Shown here: in pieces, positions 43,190 through 54,338 of the stretch
Layout: each line of letters starts with the position of its first letter
Position numbering within the stretch: position 1 is the stretch's first letter
DNA from: Eledone cirrhosa
Lineage: Eukaryota
Assembly: GCA_964016885.1 (NCBI GenBank)
Contig: OZ024744.1
Coordinates: forward strand, 115,506,001-115,570,000
Length of the DNA stretch: 64,000 nt
Direction: 5' to 3'
Program-made: the position numbers and the translations under genes
Notes under the pieces: model-generated
What the model was told of the DNA's origin: nothing
The model's input: the letters and a program-made list of their open reading frames with translations, nothing else
The model's database searches: none

Positions 43190-43900
43190 CAGATCAGCAA
43201 ATAAAGTGTTCTGACAGACCATCTGCAGACTTCGTAATAAGAAGTCCTCTTTCACCCTTGTTATCATGAACACATCTGGAGTTCTCCTCTCTTCAGAGAG
43301 ATGCATCCTTGTGAGGTGAAGAGAATACTTTGCTGATCTCCTGAACTAGATCACAACAGCATCTTCTGATGTACGTATGGTGCATTTGGGAGTAGTGACT
43401 ACTCTCCCAGAGGCTGAGGTCACAAAAGCAATTAAAGAACTCAAATGTAGCTAGGCCTTAAATAGAGAAGGTATTCTCTGGCTGACTCGTGTGTGCCAGG
43501 TGGCCTGGATATCTGGAAAGACACCTAACCAATGGCAATTGGGAGTGATAATCTCAATTTTCACAAAGGGAAACAAGAGAGATTGTTCAAATTACAGAGG
43601 GGTCTCATTGTAAAGTCTATACTATGTGTCTGGCAATGAGATGTAGGGAGATTGGTGAGTCCAAGCTAGCTGATGTACAGTGTGGTTTTCACCCCGGACA
43701 CAACACAGCTGACCAAATATTCAAACTGCAGCAGGTATTTGAGTATTGCCAAGAGGTGTATTTTGAAGACCTTGCAAAGAGACCTGTTGTGGAAGGTTCT
43801 ACAGGAGTATAGGATCGATGGACAGCTTCTTGTTGCACTGAATGTTGCTATATGCATGCTTTAGTAGTTGTATTTGGATAAATGGTGCTAAATTGAAACA
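43190..43900 (+). mobile_element. Decayed RT-region fragment of a second RTE lineage (Expander/Rex3-like)
   Basis: Seen: F*QTICRLR...GVLLSSERCILVR*REYFADLLN...EAEVTKAIKELK...WLTRVCQVAWISGKTPNQWQLGVIISIFTKGNKRDCSNYRGVSL...KVY..CL...QCGFHPGHNTADQIFKLQQVFE. Knowledge: KG....CSNYRG and Q.GF are N-terminal motifs of non-LTR RT. Lineage assignment is from recall. Confidence 0.85.
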
Positions 43901-44000
43901 CTAAACCTGACACAGGAGATGACAAAGGAATGTAACAAATGGAGGAAAGCAACATTGGAGAAGACCTGGTCAACCCATGCTAAAATAGTGTTGATGATAT
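43901..44000 (+). mobile_element. Short remnant of RTE ORF end and 3' terminus
   Basis: Seen: NLTQEMTKECNKWRKATLEKT resembles HLSKTMTHDRDFWRHAVIQGT near 29030-29090, followed by CAACCCATGCT...GATGAT. Confidence 0.55.
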
Positions 44001-44074
44001 GACATGCACTGTTAGTGTGTATAATGACAGTTATTAAAATCTCTTTTTCTCTCTTACAACCACTCTCTCTCTCC

Positions 44075-45600
44075 CTCTCTCATGAATATCACATATCCAT
44101 CAAAGAATACTCATTTCATTTCTCTCTAGCCATCACATAACCTCTGCATTTACTACACATGTTTCACTTCCATAAAACACTGCACTTTGCACGTAGGCAT
44201 CATACAACCAGTCTTTCATTTGCAGGGAGAAACATTTTGTTGTCAACAAAGGTAGTAGCTCCCTGAACTTTTTCCATCTTCTTATTCTAACTACTATGTT
44301 GAAGTATTTGTACCTTGAATTCCTCACTAAACTCATTTCCTGCTCTCACTTTACTGACAACTCCTCTCTACATGACTGGCACTGCTCTCACAAGCCATTC
44401 TTCTACACCTAGTTTCCTTAAGAACCACCAGATAATAGATTGAGGTACTCTGTCAAAGGCTTTCTCTAGATCTAAATATAGTGTCTTATTTTTAGTTAAG
44501 AACTTCTCTTGTAGTTACCTTAACAAAAAGAGGACATCTATAGTACTTTTCCCAAGCATGAAATCAAACTGCATTTAATTTAATTTGACTCTTTCCCTAA
44601 TTAGCTGTGCTATAACTCCTTCCAACACTTTCATAACTTGGTCCATTAGATATATTCCTCTATAGCTGCTCCTTTCTAGAGCATCACCTTTACCTTTATT
44701 ATTTATGATGGTACTGCTGCACCAGTCATTGGGTATGACACCTTCCTGTATTACCTGATTGATTATGGAAGTTACTAGTTTGACTCCTACCTCTCCTGAT
44801 GCTTTTAGCATCTCAATAGTTAACTCTGAGGGTCCAGCAGCTTTACCACTCCTTCATTTCTTCTATGACCCTATAACTGTCTATTTTAATAGCTGGTCCC
44901 TCTGTTGGCTCAGTTGGGGTTTGTCTCTCTTCCTCCATTCCTTTCTCTCCATTCACCAACCTCTCAAAGTAACATTTCCAGGCCTCTTTCTTTTGAGTAT
45001 CAGTGGTGTTAAGTACACCAGTGTCATTACAACACACTTCCCCCCCACAACATCCTGATTCATACTGACACACTGCCTTGCAATGTGGAACACCTCACAT
45101 CTTTGATCTTCATGTCATAAGACTTTAGCAAAGCTTTCAGTCTCTTTCCAAGCTATGTATACCTGTCATATAGCTTCTCTCTTAGCTACCTGGTATTGGT
45201 CTATGCTACTCCCCATTTCTCCAGTATGCCTGTCTCTTGCCCTTAATGTCTCTACTTACTGTGTTGTACCACCACCAGGTCACCCTCTGTCTGACTGTTA
45301 CTTTGCTCCAAGTCACAAGTCTCTTCAGTAACTTGTAGTAGGTTGTCACATAAGAACTTCCAATTGTCCTCAATGTCGTATATATCTAACTTGTCTCCCC
45401 TCTCATTATATGTATCCCCTAGAGTCTTTTTAAACCTATACTTTATAGAAAACTCCTTTGGTCTCCAAATTCTCCTCCTTTAGATTTTCCTGTTTCTTCT
45501 TGTTCCATCTTGTGCTTCTTTTGATGTCACGAACTGGGAAAGGACTTAACATTCATAACCATCTGCCTGTCTCATTTTCTAAGAAGAAGTTAATATGGCC
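44075..45600 (-). mobile_element. Decayed, internally deleted RTE LINE (endonuclease end, linker, RT N-half, C-terminal motif)
   Basis: Seen (minus, collinear): GHINFFL..DRQMVMNVKSFP; DIEDNWKFLCDNLL; RVTWWW; KKEAWKCYFERLVN; AAGPSELTIEMLKASGEVG...IPNDWCSSTI..KGKGDALERSSYRGI.LMDQVMKVLE; DLEKAFDRVP; then a jump to RWKKFRELLPLL...LYDAYVQSAVFYGSET. No YADD segment found. Confidence 0.92.
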
Positions 45601-48600
45601 TGTGTCTTCACCTGATTGCTAGGTGATCAGGTGACTGGCTCCCTAATTCCAGCTTGTGTCTTCACCTGATTGCTAGGTGATCAGGTGACTGGCTCCCTAA
45701 TACCAGCCTGTGTCTTCACCTGATTGCTAGGTGATCAGGTGACTGGCTCCCTAATTCCAGCTTGTGTCTTCACCTGATTGCTAGGTGATCAGGTGACTGG
45801 CTCCCTAATTCCAGCTTGTGTCTTCACCTGATTGCTAGGTGATCAGGTGACTGGCTCCCTAATTCCAGCTTGTACCTTCACCTGATTGCTAGGTGATCAG
45901 GTGACTGGCTCCCTAATTCCAGCTTGTACCTTCACCTGATTGCTAGGTGATCAGGTGGCTGGCTCCCTAATTCCAGCTTGTACCTTCACCTGATTGCTAG
46001 GTGATCAGGTGACTGGCTCCCTAATTCCAGCTTGTGTCTTCACCTGATTGCTAGGTGATCAGGTGACTGGCTCCCTAATTCCAGTTTGTACCTTCACCTG
46101 ATTGCTAGGTGATCAGGTGACTGGCTCCCTAATTCCAGCTTGTGTCTTCACCTGATTGCTAGGTGATCAGGTGACTGGCTCCCTAATTCCAGCTTGTACC
46201 TTCACCTGATTGCTAGGTGATCAGGTGACTGGCTCCCTAATTTCAGCTTGTACCTTCACCTGATTGCTAGGTGATCAGGTGACTGGCTCCCTAATTCCAG
46301 TTTGTACCTTCACCTGATTGCTAGGTGATCAGGTGACTGGCTCCCTAATTCCAGCTTGTACCTTCACCTGATTGCTAGGTGATCAGGTGACTGGCTCCCT
46401 AATTCCAGCTTGTGTCTTCACCTGATTGCTAGGTGATCAGGTGACTGGCTCCCTAATTCCAGCTTGTACCTTCACCTGATTGCTAGGTGATCAGGTGACT
46501 GGCTCCCTAATTCCAGCTTGTACCTTCACCTGATTGCTAGGTGATCAGGTGACTGGCTCCCTAATTCCAGCTTGTACCTTCACCTGATTGCTAGGTGATC
46601 AGGTGACTGGCTCCCTAATTCCAGTTTGTACCTTCATCTGATTGCTAGGTGATCAGGTGACTGGCTCCCTAATTCAAGCTTGTGTCTTCACCTGATTGCT
46701 AGGTGATCAGGTGACTGGCTCCCTAATTCCAGCTTGTACCTTCACCTGATTGCTAGGTGATCAGGTGACTGGCTCCCTAATTCCAGCTTGTACCTTCACC
46801 TGATTGCTAGGTGATCAGGTGACTGGCTCCCTAATTCCAGCTTGTGTCTTCACCTGATTGCTAGGTGATCAGGTGACTGGCTCCCTAATTCCAGCTTGTA
46901 CCTTCACCTGATTGCTAGGTGATCAGGTGACTGGCTCCCTAATTCCAGCTTGTGTCTTCACCTGATTGCTAGGTGATCAGGTGACTGGCTCCCTAATTCC
47001 AGCTTGTACCTTCACCTGATTGCTAGGTGATCAGGTGACTGGCTCCCTAATTCCAGCTTGTGTCTTCACCTGATTGCTAGGTGATCAGGTGACTGGCTCC
47101 CTAATTCCAGCTTGTACCTTCACCTGATTGCTAGGTGATCAGGTGACTGGCTCCCTAATTCCAGCTTGTGTCTTCACCTGATTGCTAGGTGATCAGGTGA
47201 CTGGCTCCCTAATTCCAGCTTGTACCTTCACCTGATTGCTAGGTGATCAGGTGACTGGCTCCCTAATTCCAGCTTGTGTCTTCACCTGATTGCTAGGTGA
47301 TCAGGTGACTGGCTCCCTAATTCCAGCTTGTACCTTCACCTGATTGCTAGGTGATCAGGTGACTGGCTCCCTAATTCCAGCTTGTACCTTCACCTGATTG
47401 CTAGGTGATCAGGTGACTGGCTCCCTAATTCCAGCTTGTGTCTTCACCTGATTGCTAGGTGATCAGGTGACTGGCTCCCTAATTCCAGCTTGTACCTTCA
47501 CCTGATTGCTAGGTGATCAGGTGACTGGCTCCCTAATTCCAGCTTGTGTCTTCACCTGATTGCTAGGTGATCAGGTGACTGGCTCCCTAATTCCAGCTTG
47601 TACCTTCACCTGATTGCTAGGTGATCAGGTGACTGGCTCCCTAATTCCAGCTTGTGTCTTCACCTGATTGCTAGGTGATCAGGTGACTGGCTCCCTAATT
47701 CCAGCTTGTACCTTCACCTGATTGCTAGGTGATCAGGTGACTGGCTCCCTAATTCCAGCTTGTGTCTTCACCTGATTGCTAGGTGATCAGGTGACTGGCT
47801 CCCTAATTCCAGCTTGTGTCTTCACCTGATTGCTAGGTGATCAGGTGACTGGCTCCCTAATTCCAGCTTGTGTCTTCACCTGATTGCTACGTGATCAGGT
47901 GACTGGCTCCCTAATTCCAGCCTGTGTCTTCACCTGATTGCTAGGTGATCAGGTGACTGGCTCCCTAATTCCAGCCTGTGTCTTCACCTGATTGCTAGGT
48001 GATCAGGTGACTGGCTCCCTAATTCCAGCTTGTGTCTTCACCTGATTGCTAGGTGATCAGGTGACTGGCTCCCTAATTCCAGCTTGTGCCTTCACCTGAT
48101 TGCTAGGTGATCAGGTGACTGGCTCCCTAATTCCAGCTTGTGTCTTCACCTGATTGCTAGGTGATCAGGTGACTGGCTCCCTAATTCCAGCTTGTGTCTT
48201 CACCTGATTGCTAGGTGATCAGGTGACTGGCTCCCTAATTCCAGCTTGTACCTTCACCTGATTGCTAGGTGATCAGGTGACTGGCTCCCTAATTCCAGCT
48301 TGTGTCTTCACCTGATTGCTAGGTGATCAGGTGACTGGCTCCCTAATTCCAGCTTGTGTCTTCACCTGATTGCTAGGTGATCAGGTGACTGGCTCCCTAA
48401 TTCCAGCTTGTACCTTCACCTGATTGCTAGGTGATCAGGTGACTGGCTCCCTAATTCCAGCTTGTGTCTTCACCTGATTGCTAGGTGATCAGGTGACTGG
48501 CTCCCTAATTCCAGTTTGTACCTTCACCTGATTGCTAGGTGATCAGGTGACTGGCTCCCTAATTCCAGCTTGTGTCTTCACCTGATTGCTAGGTGATCAG

Positions 48601-51600
48601 GTGACTGGCTCCCTAATTCCAGCTTGTACCTTCACCTGATTGCTAGGTGATCAGGTGACTGGCTCCCTAATTCCAGCTTGTACCTTCACCTGATTGCTAG
48701 GTGATCAGGTGACTGGCTCCCTAATTCCAGTTTGTACCTTCACCTGATTGCTAGGTGATCAGGTGACTGGCTCCCTAATTCCAGCTTGTACCTTCACCTG
48801 ATTGCTAGGTGATCAGGTGACAGGCTCCCTAATTCCAGCTTGTGTCTTCACCTGATTGCTAGGTGATCAGGTGACTGGCTCCCTAATTCCAGCTTGTGCC
48901 TTCACCTGATTGCTAGGTGATCAGGTGACTGGCTCCCTAATTCCAGCTTGTGTCTTCACCTGATTGCTAGGTGATCAGGTGACTGGCTCCCTAATTCCAG
49001 TTTGTACCTTCACCTGATTGCTAGGTGATCAGGTGACTGGCTCCCTAATTCCAGCTTGTGTCTTCACCTGATTGCTAGGTGATCAGGTGACTGGCTCCCT
49101 AATTCCAGCTTGTACCTTCACCTGATTGCTAGGTGATCAGGTGACTGGCTTCCTAATTCCAGCTTGTACCTTCACCTGATTGCTAGGTGATCAGGTGACT
49201 GGCTCCCTAATTCCAGTTTGTACCTTCACCTGATTGCTAGGTGATCAGGTGACTGGCTCCCTAATTCCAGCTTGTACCTTCACCTGATTGCTAGGTGATC
49301 AGGTGACTGGCTCCCTAATTCCAGTTTGTACCTTCACCTGATTGCTAGGTGATCAGGTGACTGGCTCCCTAATTCCAGCTTGTACCTTCACCTGATTGCT
49401 AGGTGATCAGGTGACTGGCTCCCTAATTCCAGCTTGTACCTTCACCTGATTGCTAGGTGATCAGGTGACTGGCTCCCTAATTCCAGCTTGTACCTTCACC
49501 TGATTGCTAGGTGATCAGGTGACTGGCTCCCTAATTCCAGATTGTACCTTCACCTGATTGCTAGGTGATCAGGTGACTGGCTCCCTAATTCCAGCTTGTA
49601 CCTTCACCTGATTGCTAGGTGATCAGGTGACTGGCTCCCTAATTCCAGCTTGTGTCTTCACCTAATTGCTAGGTGATCAGGTGACTGGCTCCCTAATTCC
49701 AGCTTGTGTCTTCACCTGATTGCTAGGTGATCAGGTGACTGGCTCCCTAATTCCAGCTTGTGTCTTCACCTGATTGCTAGGTGATCAGGTGACTGGCTCC
49801 CTAATTCCAGCTTGTACCTTCACCTGATTGCTAGGTGATCAGGTGACTGGCTCCCTAATTCCAGCTTGTGTCTTCACCTGATTGCTAGGTGATCAGGTGA
49901 CTGGCTCCCTAATTCCAGCTTGTACCTTCACCTGATTGCTAGGTGATCAGGTGACTGGCTCCCTAATTCCAGCTTGTGTCTTCACCTGATTGCTAGGTGA
50001 TCAGGTGACTGGCTCCCTAATTCCAGCTTGTACCTTCACCTGATTGCTAGGTGATCAGGTGACTGGCTCCCTAATTCCAGCTTGTACCTTCACCTGATTG
50101 CTAGGTGATCAGGTGACTGGCTCCCTAATTCCAGTTTGTACCTTCACCTGATTGCTAGGTGATCAGGTGACTGGCTCCCTAATTCCAGCTTGTACCTTCA
50201 CCTGATTGCTAGGTGATCAGGTGACTGGCTCCCTAATTCCAGCTTGTACCTTCACCTGATTGCTAGGTGATCAGGTGACTGGCTCCCTAATTCCAGCTTG
50301 TACCTTCACCTGATTGCTAGGTGATCAGGTGACTGGCTCCCTAATTCCAGATTGTACCTTCACCTGATTGCTAGGTGATCAGGTGACTGGCTCCCTAATT
50401 CCAGCTTGTACCTTCACCTGATTGCTAGGTGATCAGGTGACTGGCTCCCTAATTCCAGCTTGTGTCTTCACCTAATTGCTAGGTGATCAGGTGACTGGCT
50501 CCCTAATTCCAGCTTGTGTCTTCACCTGATTGCTAGGTGATCAGGTGACTGGCTCCCTAATTCCAGCTTGTGTCTTCACCTGATTGCTAGGTGATCAGGT
50601 GACTGGCTCCCTAATTCCAGCTTGTACCTTCACCTGATTGCTAGGTGATCAGGTGACTGGCTCCCTAATTCCAGCTTGTGTCTTCACCTGATTGCTAGGT
50701 GATCAGGTGACTGGCTCCCTAATTCCAGCTTGTACCTTCACCTGATTGCTAGGTGATCAGGTGACTGGCTCCCTAATTCCAGCTTGTGTCTTCACCTGAT
50801 TGCTAGGTGATCAGGTGACTGGCTCCCTAATTCCAGCTTGTACCTTCACCTGATTTCTAGGTGATCAGGTGACTGGCTCCCTAATTCCAGCTTGTGTCTT
50901 CACCTGATTGCTAGGTGATAAGGTGACTGGCTCCCTAATTCCAGCTTGTACCTTCACCTGATTGCTAGGTGATCAGGTGACTGGCTCCCTAATTCCAGCT
51001 TGTACCTTCACCTGATTGCTAGGTGATCAGGTGACTGGCTCCCTAATTCCAGCTTGTGTCTTCACCTGATTGCTAGGTGATCAGGTGACTGGCTCCCTAA
51101 TTCCAGCTTGTACCTTCACATGATTGCTAGGTGATCAGGTGACTGGCTCCCTAATTCCAGCTTGTGTCTTCACCTGATTGCTAGGTGATCAGGTGACTGG
51201 CTCCCTAATTCCAGCTTGTGTCTTCACCTGATTGCTAGGTGATCAGGTGACTGGCTCCCTAATTCCAGCTTGTGTCTTCACCTGATTGCTAGGTGATCAG
51301 GTGACTGGCTCCCTAATTCCAGCCTGTGTCTTCACCTGATTGCTAGGTGATCAGGTGACTGGCTCCCTAATTCCAGCCTGTGTCTTCACCTGATTGCTAG
51401 GTGATCAGGTGACTGGCTCCCTAATTCCAGCTTGTGTCTTCACCTGATTGCTAGGTGATCAGGTGACTGGCTCCCTAATTCCAGCTTGTACCTTCACCTG
51501 ATTGCTAGGTGATCAGGTGACTGGCTCCCTAATTCCAGCTTGTACCTTCACCTGATTGCTAGGTGATCAGGTGACTGGCTCCCTAATTCCAGCTTGTGTC

Positions 51601-52505
51601 TTCACCTGATTGCTAGGTGATCAGGTGACTGGCTCCCTAATTCCAGCTTGTACCTTCACATGATTGCTAGGTGATCAGGTGACTGGCTCCCTAATTCCAG
51701 CTTGTGTCTTCACCTGATTGCTAGGTGATCAGGTGACTGGCTCCCTAATTCCAGCTTGTGTCTTCACCTGATTGCTAGGTGATCAGGTGACTGGCTCCCT
51801 AATTCCAGCTTGTGTCTTCACCCGATTGCTAGGTGATCAGGTGACTGGCTCCCTAATTCCAGCCTGTGTCTTCACCTGATTGCTAGGTGATCAGGTGACT
51901 GGCTCCCTAATTCCAGCCTGTGTCTTCACCTGATTGCTAGGTGATCAGGTGACTGGCTCCCTAATTCCAGCTTGTGTCTTCACCTGATTGCTAGGTGATC
52001 AGGTGACTGGCTCCCTAATTCCAGCTTGTACCTTCACCTGATTGCTAGGTGATCAGGTGACTGGCTCCCTAATTCCAGCTTGTGTCTTCACCTGATTGCT
52101 AGGTGATCAGGTGACTGGCTCCCTAATTCCAGCTTGTGTCTTCACCTGATTGCTAGGTGATCAGGTGACTGGCTCCCTAATTCCAGCTTGTACCTTCACC
52201 TGATTGCTAGGTGATCAGGTGACTGGCTCCCTAATTCCAGCTTGTGTCTTCACCTGATTGCTAGGTGATCAGGTGACTGGCTCCCTAATTCCAGCTTGTG
52301 TCTTCACCTGATTGCTAGGTGATCAGGTGACTGGCTCCCTAATTCCAGCTTGTACCTTCACCTGATTGCTAGGTGATCAGGTGACTGGCTCCCTAATTCC
52401 AGCTTGTACCTTCACCTGATTGCTAGGTGATCAGGTGACTGGCTCCCTAATTCCAGCTTGTACCTTCACCTGATTGCTAGGTGATCAGGTGACTGGCTCC
52501 CTGAT
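45598..52505. repeat. 54-bp tandem array (~128 copies) derived from RTE endonuclease coding sequence
   Basis: Seen: monomer TGT(GT/AC)CTTCACCTGATTGCTAGGTGATCAGGTGACTGGCTCCCTAATTCCAGCT, very homogeneous. Minus strand reads ASHLIT*QSGE(D/G)TS and runs directly into the adjacent RTE. Confidence 0.97.
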
Positions 52506-52519
52506 TTCAGCAGGTCCTT

Positions 52520-52872
52520 TCAGAAGCAACTGTCTCCAACTGGATCCCCAAGTGTGACCAGCCAAGCTCATGGATGTTATCCAAACATCTTGTTCAGGGT
52601 CTACTCCCGGGTCTCCTACCAGTTGGTTTTGCTTTTGCCCATAAAATCTGTCCAGCGATTCTTTCCTGAGATATTTAAAACACATGTCTATAGTATCAGA
52701 GAAGTAGTGGCTCTACCTGGAGTGACTCTCCAAGCTACGCACTCTATCGAGTAACATTACTCCAAAGATCCTTTGGAGTAACCCCATTTTGGCCACTTGT
52801 ATTTGCGATCATATTTCGGTCATTACCCAAGATTCATGACCATAAGGTAAGGGTTGGCACAAAAACTGAATT
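52520..52872 (-). mobile_element. Decayed C-terminal fragment of an Expander/Rex3-like RTE
   Basis: Seen (with frameshifts): SVFVPTLTYGHESWVMTE.I*SQIQVAKMGLLQRIFGVMLLDRVRSLE..LQVEPLLL...SQERIAGQILWAKAKPTGRRPGSRP*TRCLDNIHELGWSHLGIQ. Lineage assignment is from recall. Confidence 0.85.
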
Positions 52873-52873
52873 C

Positions 52874-53592
52874 GGTAGTGATGGTGTCATGATAAAATGC
52901 ACCTAGTATACTCTGTAAAGTGGTAGTGTTGGTGTCATGATAAAATACACCCAGTACACTCTGTAAAGTGGTAGTGCTGGTGTCATGATATAATACACCC
53001 AGTACACTCTGTAAAGTGGTAGTGCTGGTGTCATGATATAATACACCCAGTACACTCTGTAAAGTGGTAGTGTTGGTGTCACAATAAAATACACCCAGTA
53101 CACTCTGTAAAGTGGTAGTGTTGGTGTCACAATAAAATACACCCAGTACACTCTGTAAAGTGGTAGTGTTAGTGTCATGATAATATACACCCAGTACACT
53201 CTGTAAAGTGGTAGTGCTGGTGCCATGATAAAATACACCCAGTAAACTCTGTAAAGTGGTAGTGTTAGTGTCATAATATAATACAACCAGTACACTCTGT
53301 AATGTGGTAGTGTCATGATAAAATACACCCAGTACACTCTGTAAAGTGGTAGTATTGGTGTCATGATAAAATACACCCAATACACTCTGTAAAGTGGTAG
53401 TGTTGGTGTCATGATATAATACACCCAGTACACTCTGTAAAGTGGTAGTGCTGGTGCCATGATAAAATACACCCAGTACACTCTGTAAAGTGGTAGTGTT
53501 GGTGTCACAATAAAATAAACCCAGTACACTCTGTAAAGCGGTACTGTTGGTGTCATGATAAAATACACCCAGTGAACTCTGTAAAGTGGTAG
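52874..53592 (+). repeat. 48-bp minisatellite (~15 copies) expanded from an RTE 3' UTR repeat unit
   Basis: Seen: unit TAAAATACACCCAGTACACTCTGTAAAGTGGTAGTG(T/C)TGGTGTCATGA, with one 42-bp unit near 53300. Matches the 48-bp-spaced units at 29181 and 29229. Confidence 0.95.
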
Positions 53593-53722
53593 AGCTAGGA
53601 ATGGCATATAGGTGTAGAAATCATGCCAAAATGGATTGTGTGAGCAAACCATGTCTAGTTTCAGAACCTGTCGAACCCATGCCAATATGGGAAAATGCTG
53701 TAAAATGGTGGCGGCAATGATA
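53593..53722 (+). mobile_element. RTE (or RTE-mobilised SINE) 3' terminal segment following the 48-bp array
   Basis: Seen: CTAGGAATGGCATATAGGTGTAGAAATCATGCCA...CCTGTCGAACCCATGCCAATATGGGAAAATGCTGTAAAATGGTG aligns to 29262-29402. Confidence 0.85.
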
Positions 53723-53913
53723 ATAATTGTTTCTACTTTAGGCACAAGGCCAGCAATTACCCTGTGCATTACTGGTACTTTATTTTATCGACCCCGTAAG
53801 GATGAAAGGCAAAGTCAACCTCGGCGGGATTTGAACTCAGATCGTAAAGGGACGTAACTATGCTGGAAAGCATGGCGTCCGACCCTCTACCAATACTGCC
53901 AATCCACCGCCCT
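53720..53913 (-). mobile_element. tRNA-derived SINE
   Basis: Seen (minus): GGCGG head, A-box-like TGGCAGTATTGG, B-box GAGTTCAAATCCC, central GTTGACTTTGCCTTTCATCCTTACGGGGTCGATAAAATAAAGTACCAG, 3' GGCCTTGTGCCTAAAGTAGAAAC plus ATT tail. From recall this is an abundant octopus SINE with a conserved (Meta-type) core; unchecked. Confidence 0.8.
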
Positions 53914-53937
53914 TGATAATAATGCATTGATGATGAT

Positions 53938-54095
53938 AAACACTTTAAAACAAACAGTTTTATATCATAGAAGCAGGTGTGTTTGGAACATAACTCACAT
54001 AAAAGTGTGATGGAAGGTTTTTAGGTAAATATAAACAGTTTTATATGATAGAAGCAGGAGTATGGTTTGTGGTAGTTTGCTACCAAGAGGGTTAA
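53938..54095 (-). mobile_element. Possible end of a non-autonomous piggyBac-type DNA transposon (MITE) with internal duplication
   Basis: Seen: minus strand begins TTAA-CCC-TCTTGGTAGCAAAC; the segment AAACAGTTTTATATSATAGAAGCAGG is repeated at 53952 and 54033 (81-bp offset). Knowledge: TTAA followed by CCC is the piggyBac terminus pattern. No second end found. Confidence 0.4.
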
Positions 54096-54338
54096 AAAGG
54101 TTTGTTGTTGTTTTCTTGCCAAGTATAGAGTTTATTGATATATTAATGATCAATAAGAGTTGACAAGTTGGTGAGATACCTGCTCTGTTATATGGTATCA
54201 TAACAATACAATAGTTAGGTATTTAGAAACCTGGACTTTAGCAGTATTGTAGAGTAACAGCAGGCAGCAACAGTTGATTAGCTCTCACTTCATCTCTATA
54301 TAATACTTATTGTTATCATTGTATGTAGCTGTAAACAG

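Noticed and set aside
43010-43190. Unique moderate-GC segment with several CACCTG motifs; possible exon
   Set aside because: No recognisable peptide or convincing splice-site pair.
44075-45600. Functional reverse transcriptase
   Set aside because: Multiple stops and frameshifts, and the catalytic YADD region is deleted.
45598-53592. CRISPR-like appearance of regular palindromic repeats
   Set aside because: No unique spacers, no cas genes, and a eukaryotic LINE/SINE context.
52823-53769. 185-aa and 288-aa repeat ORFs
   Set aside because: By-product of a 48-bp (16-codon) unit, antisense to a LINE 3' UTR.
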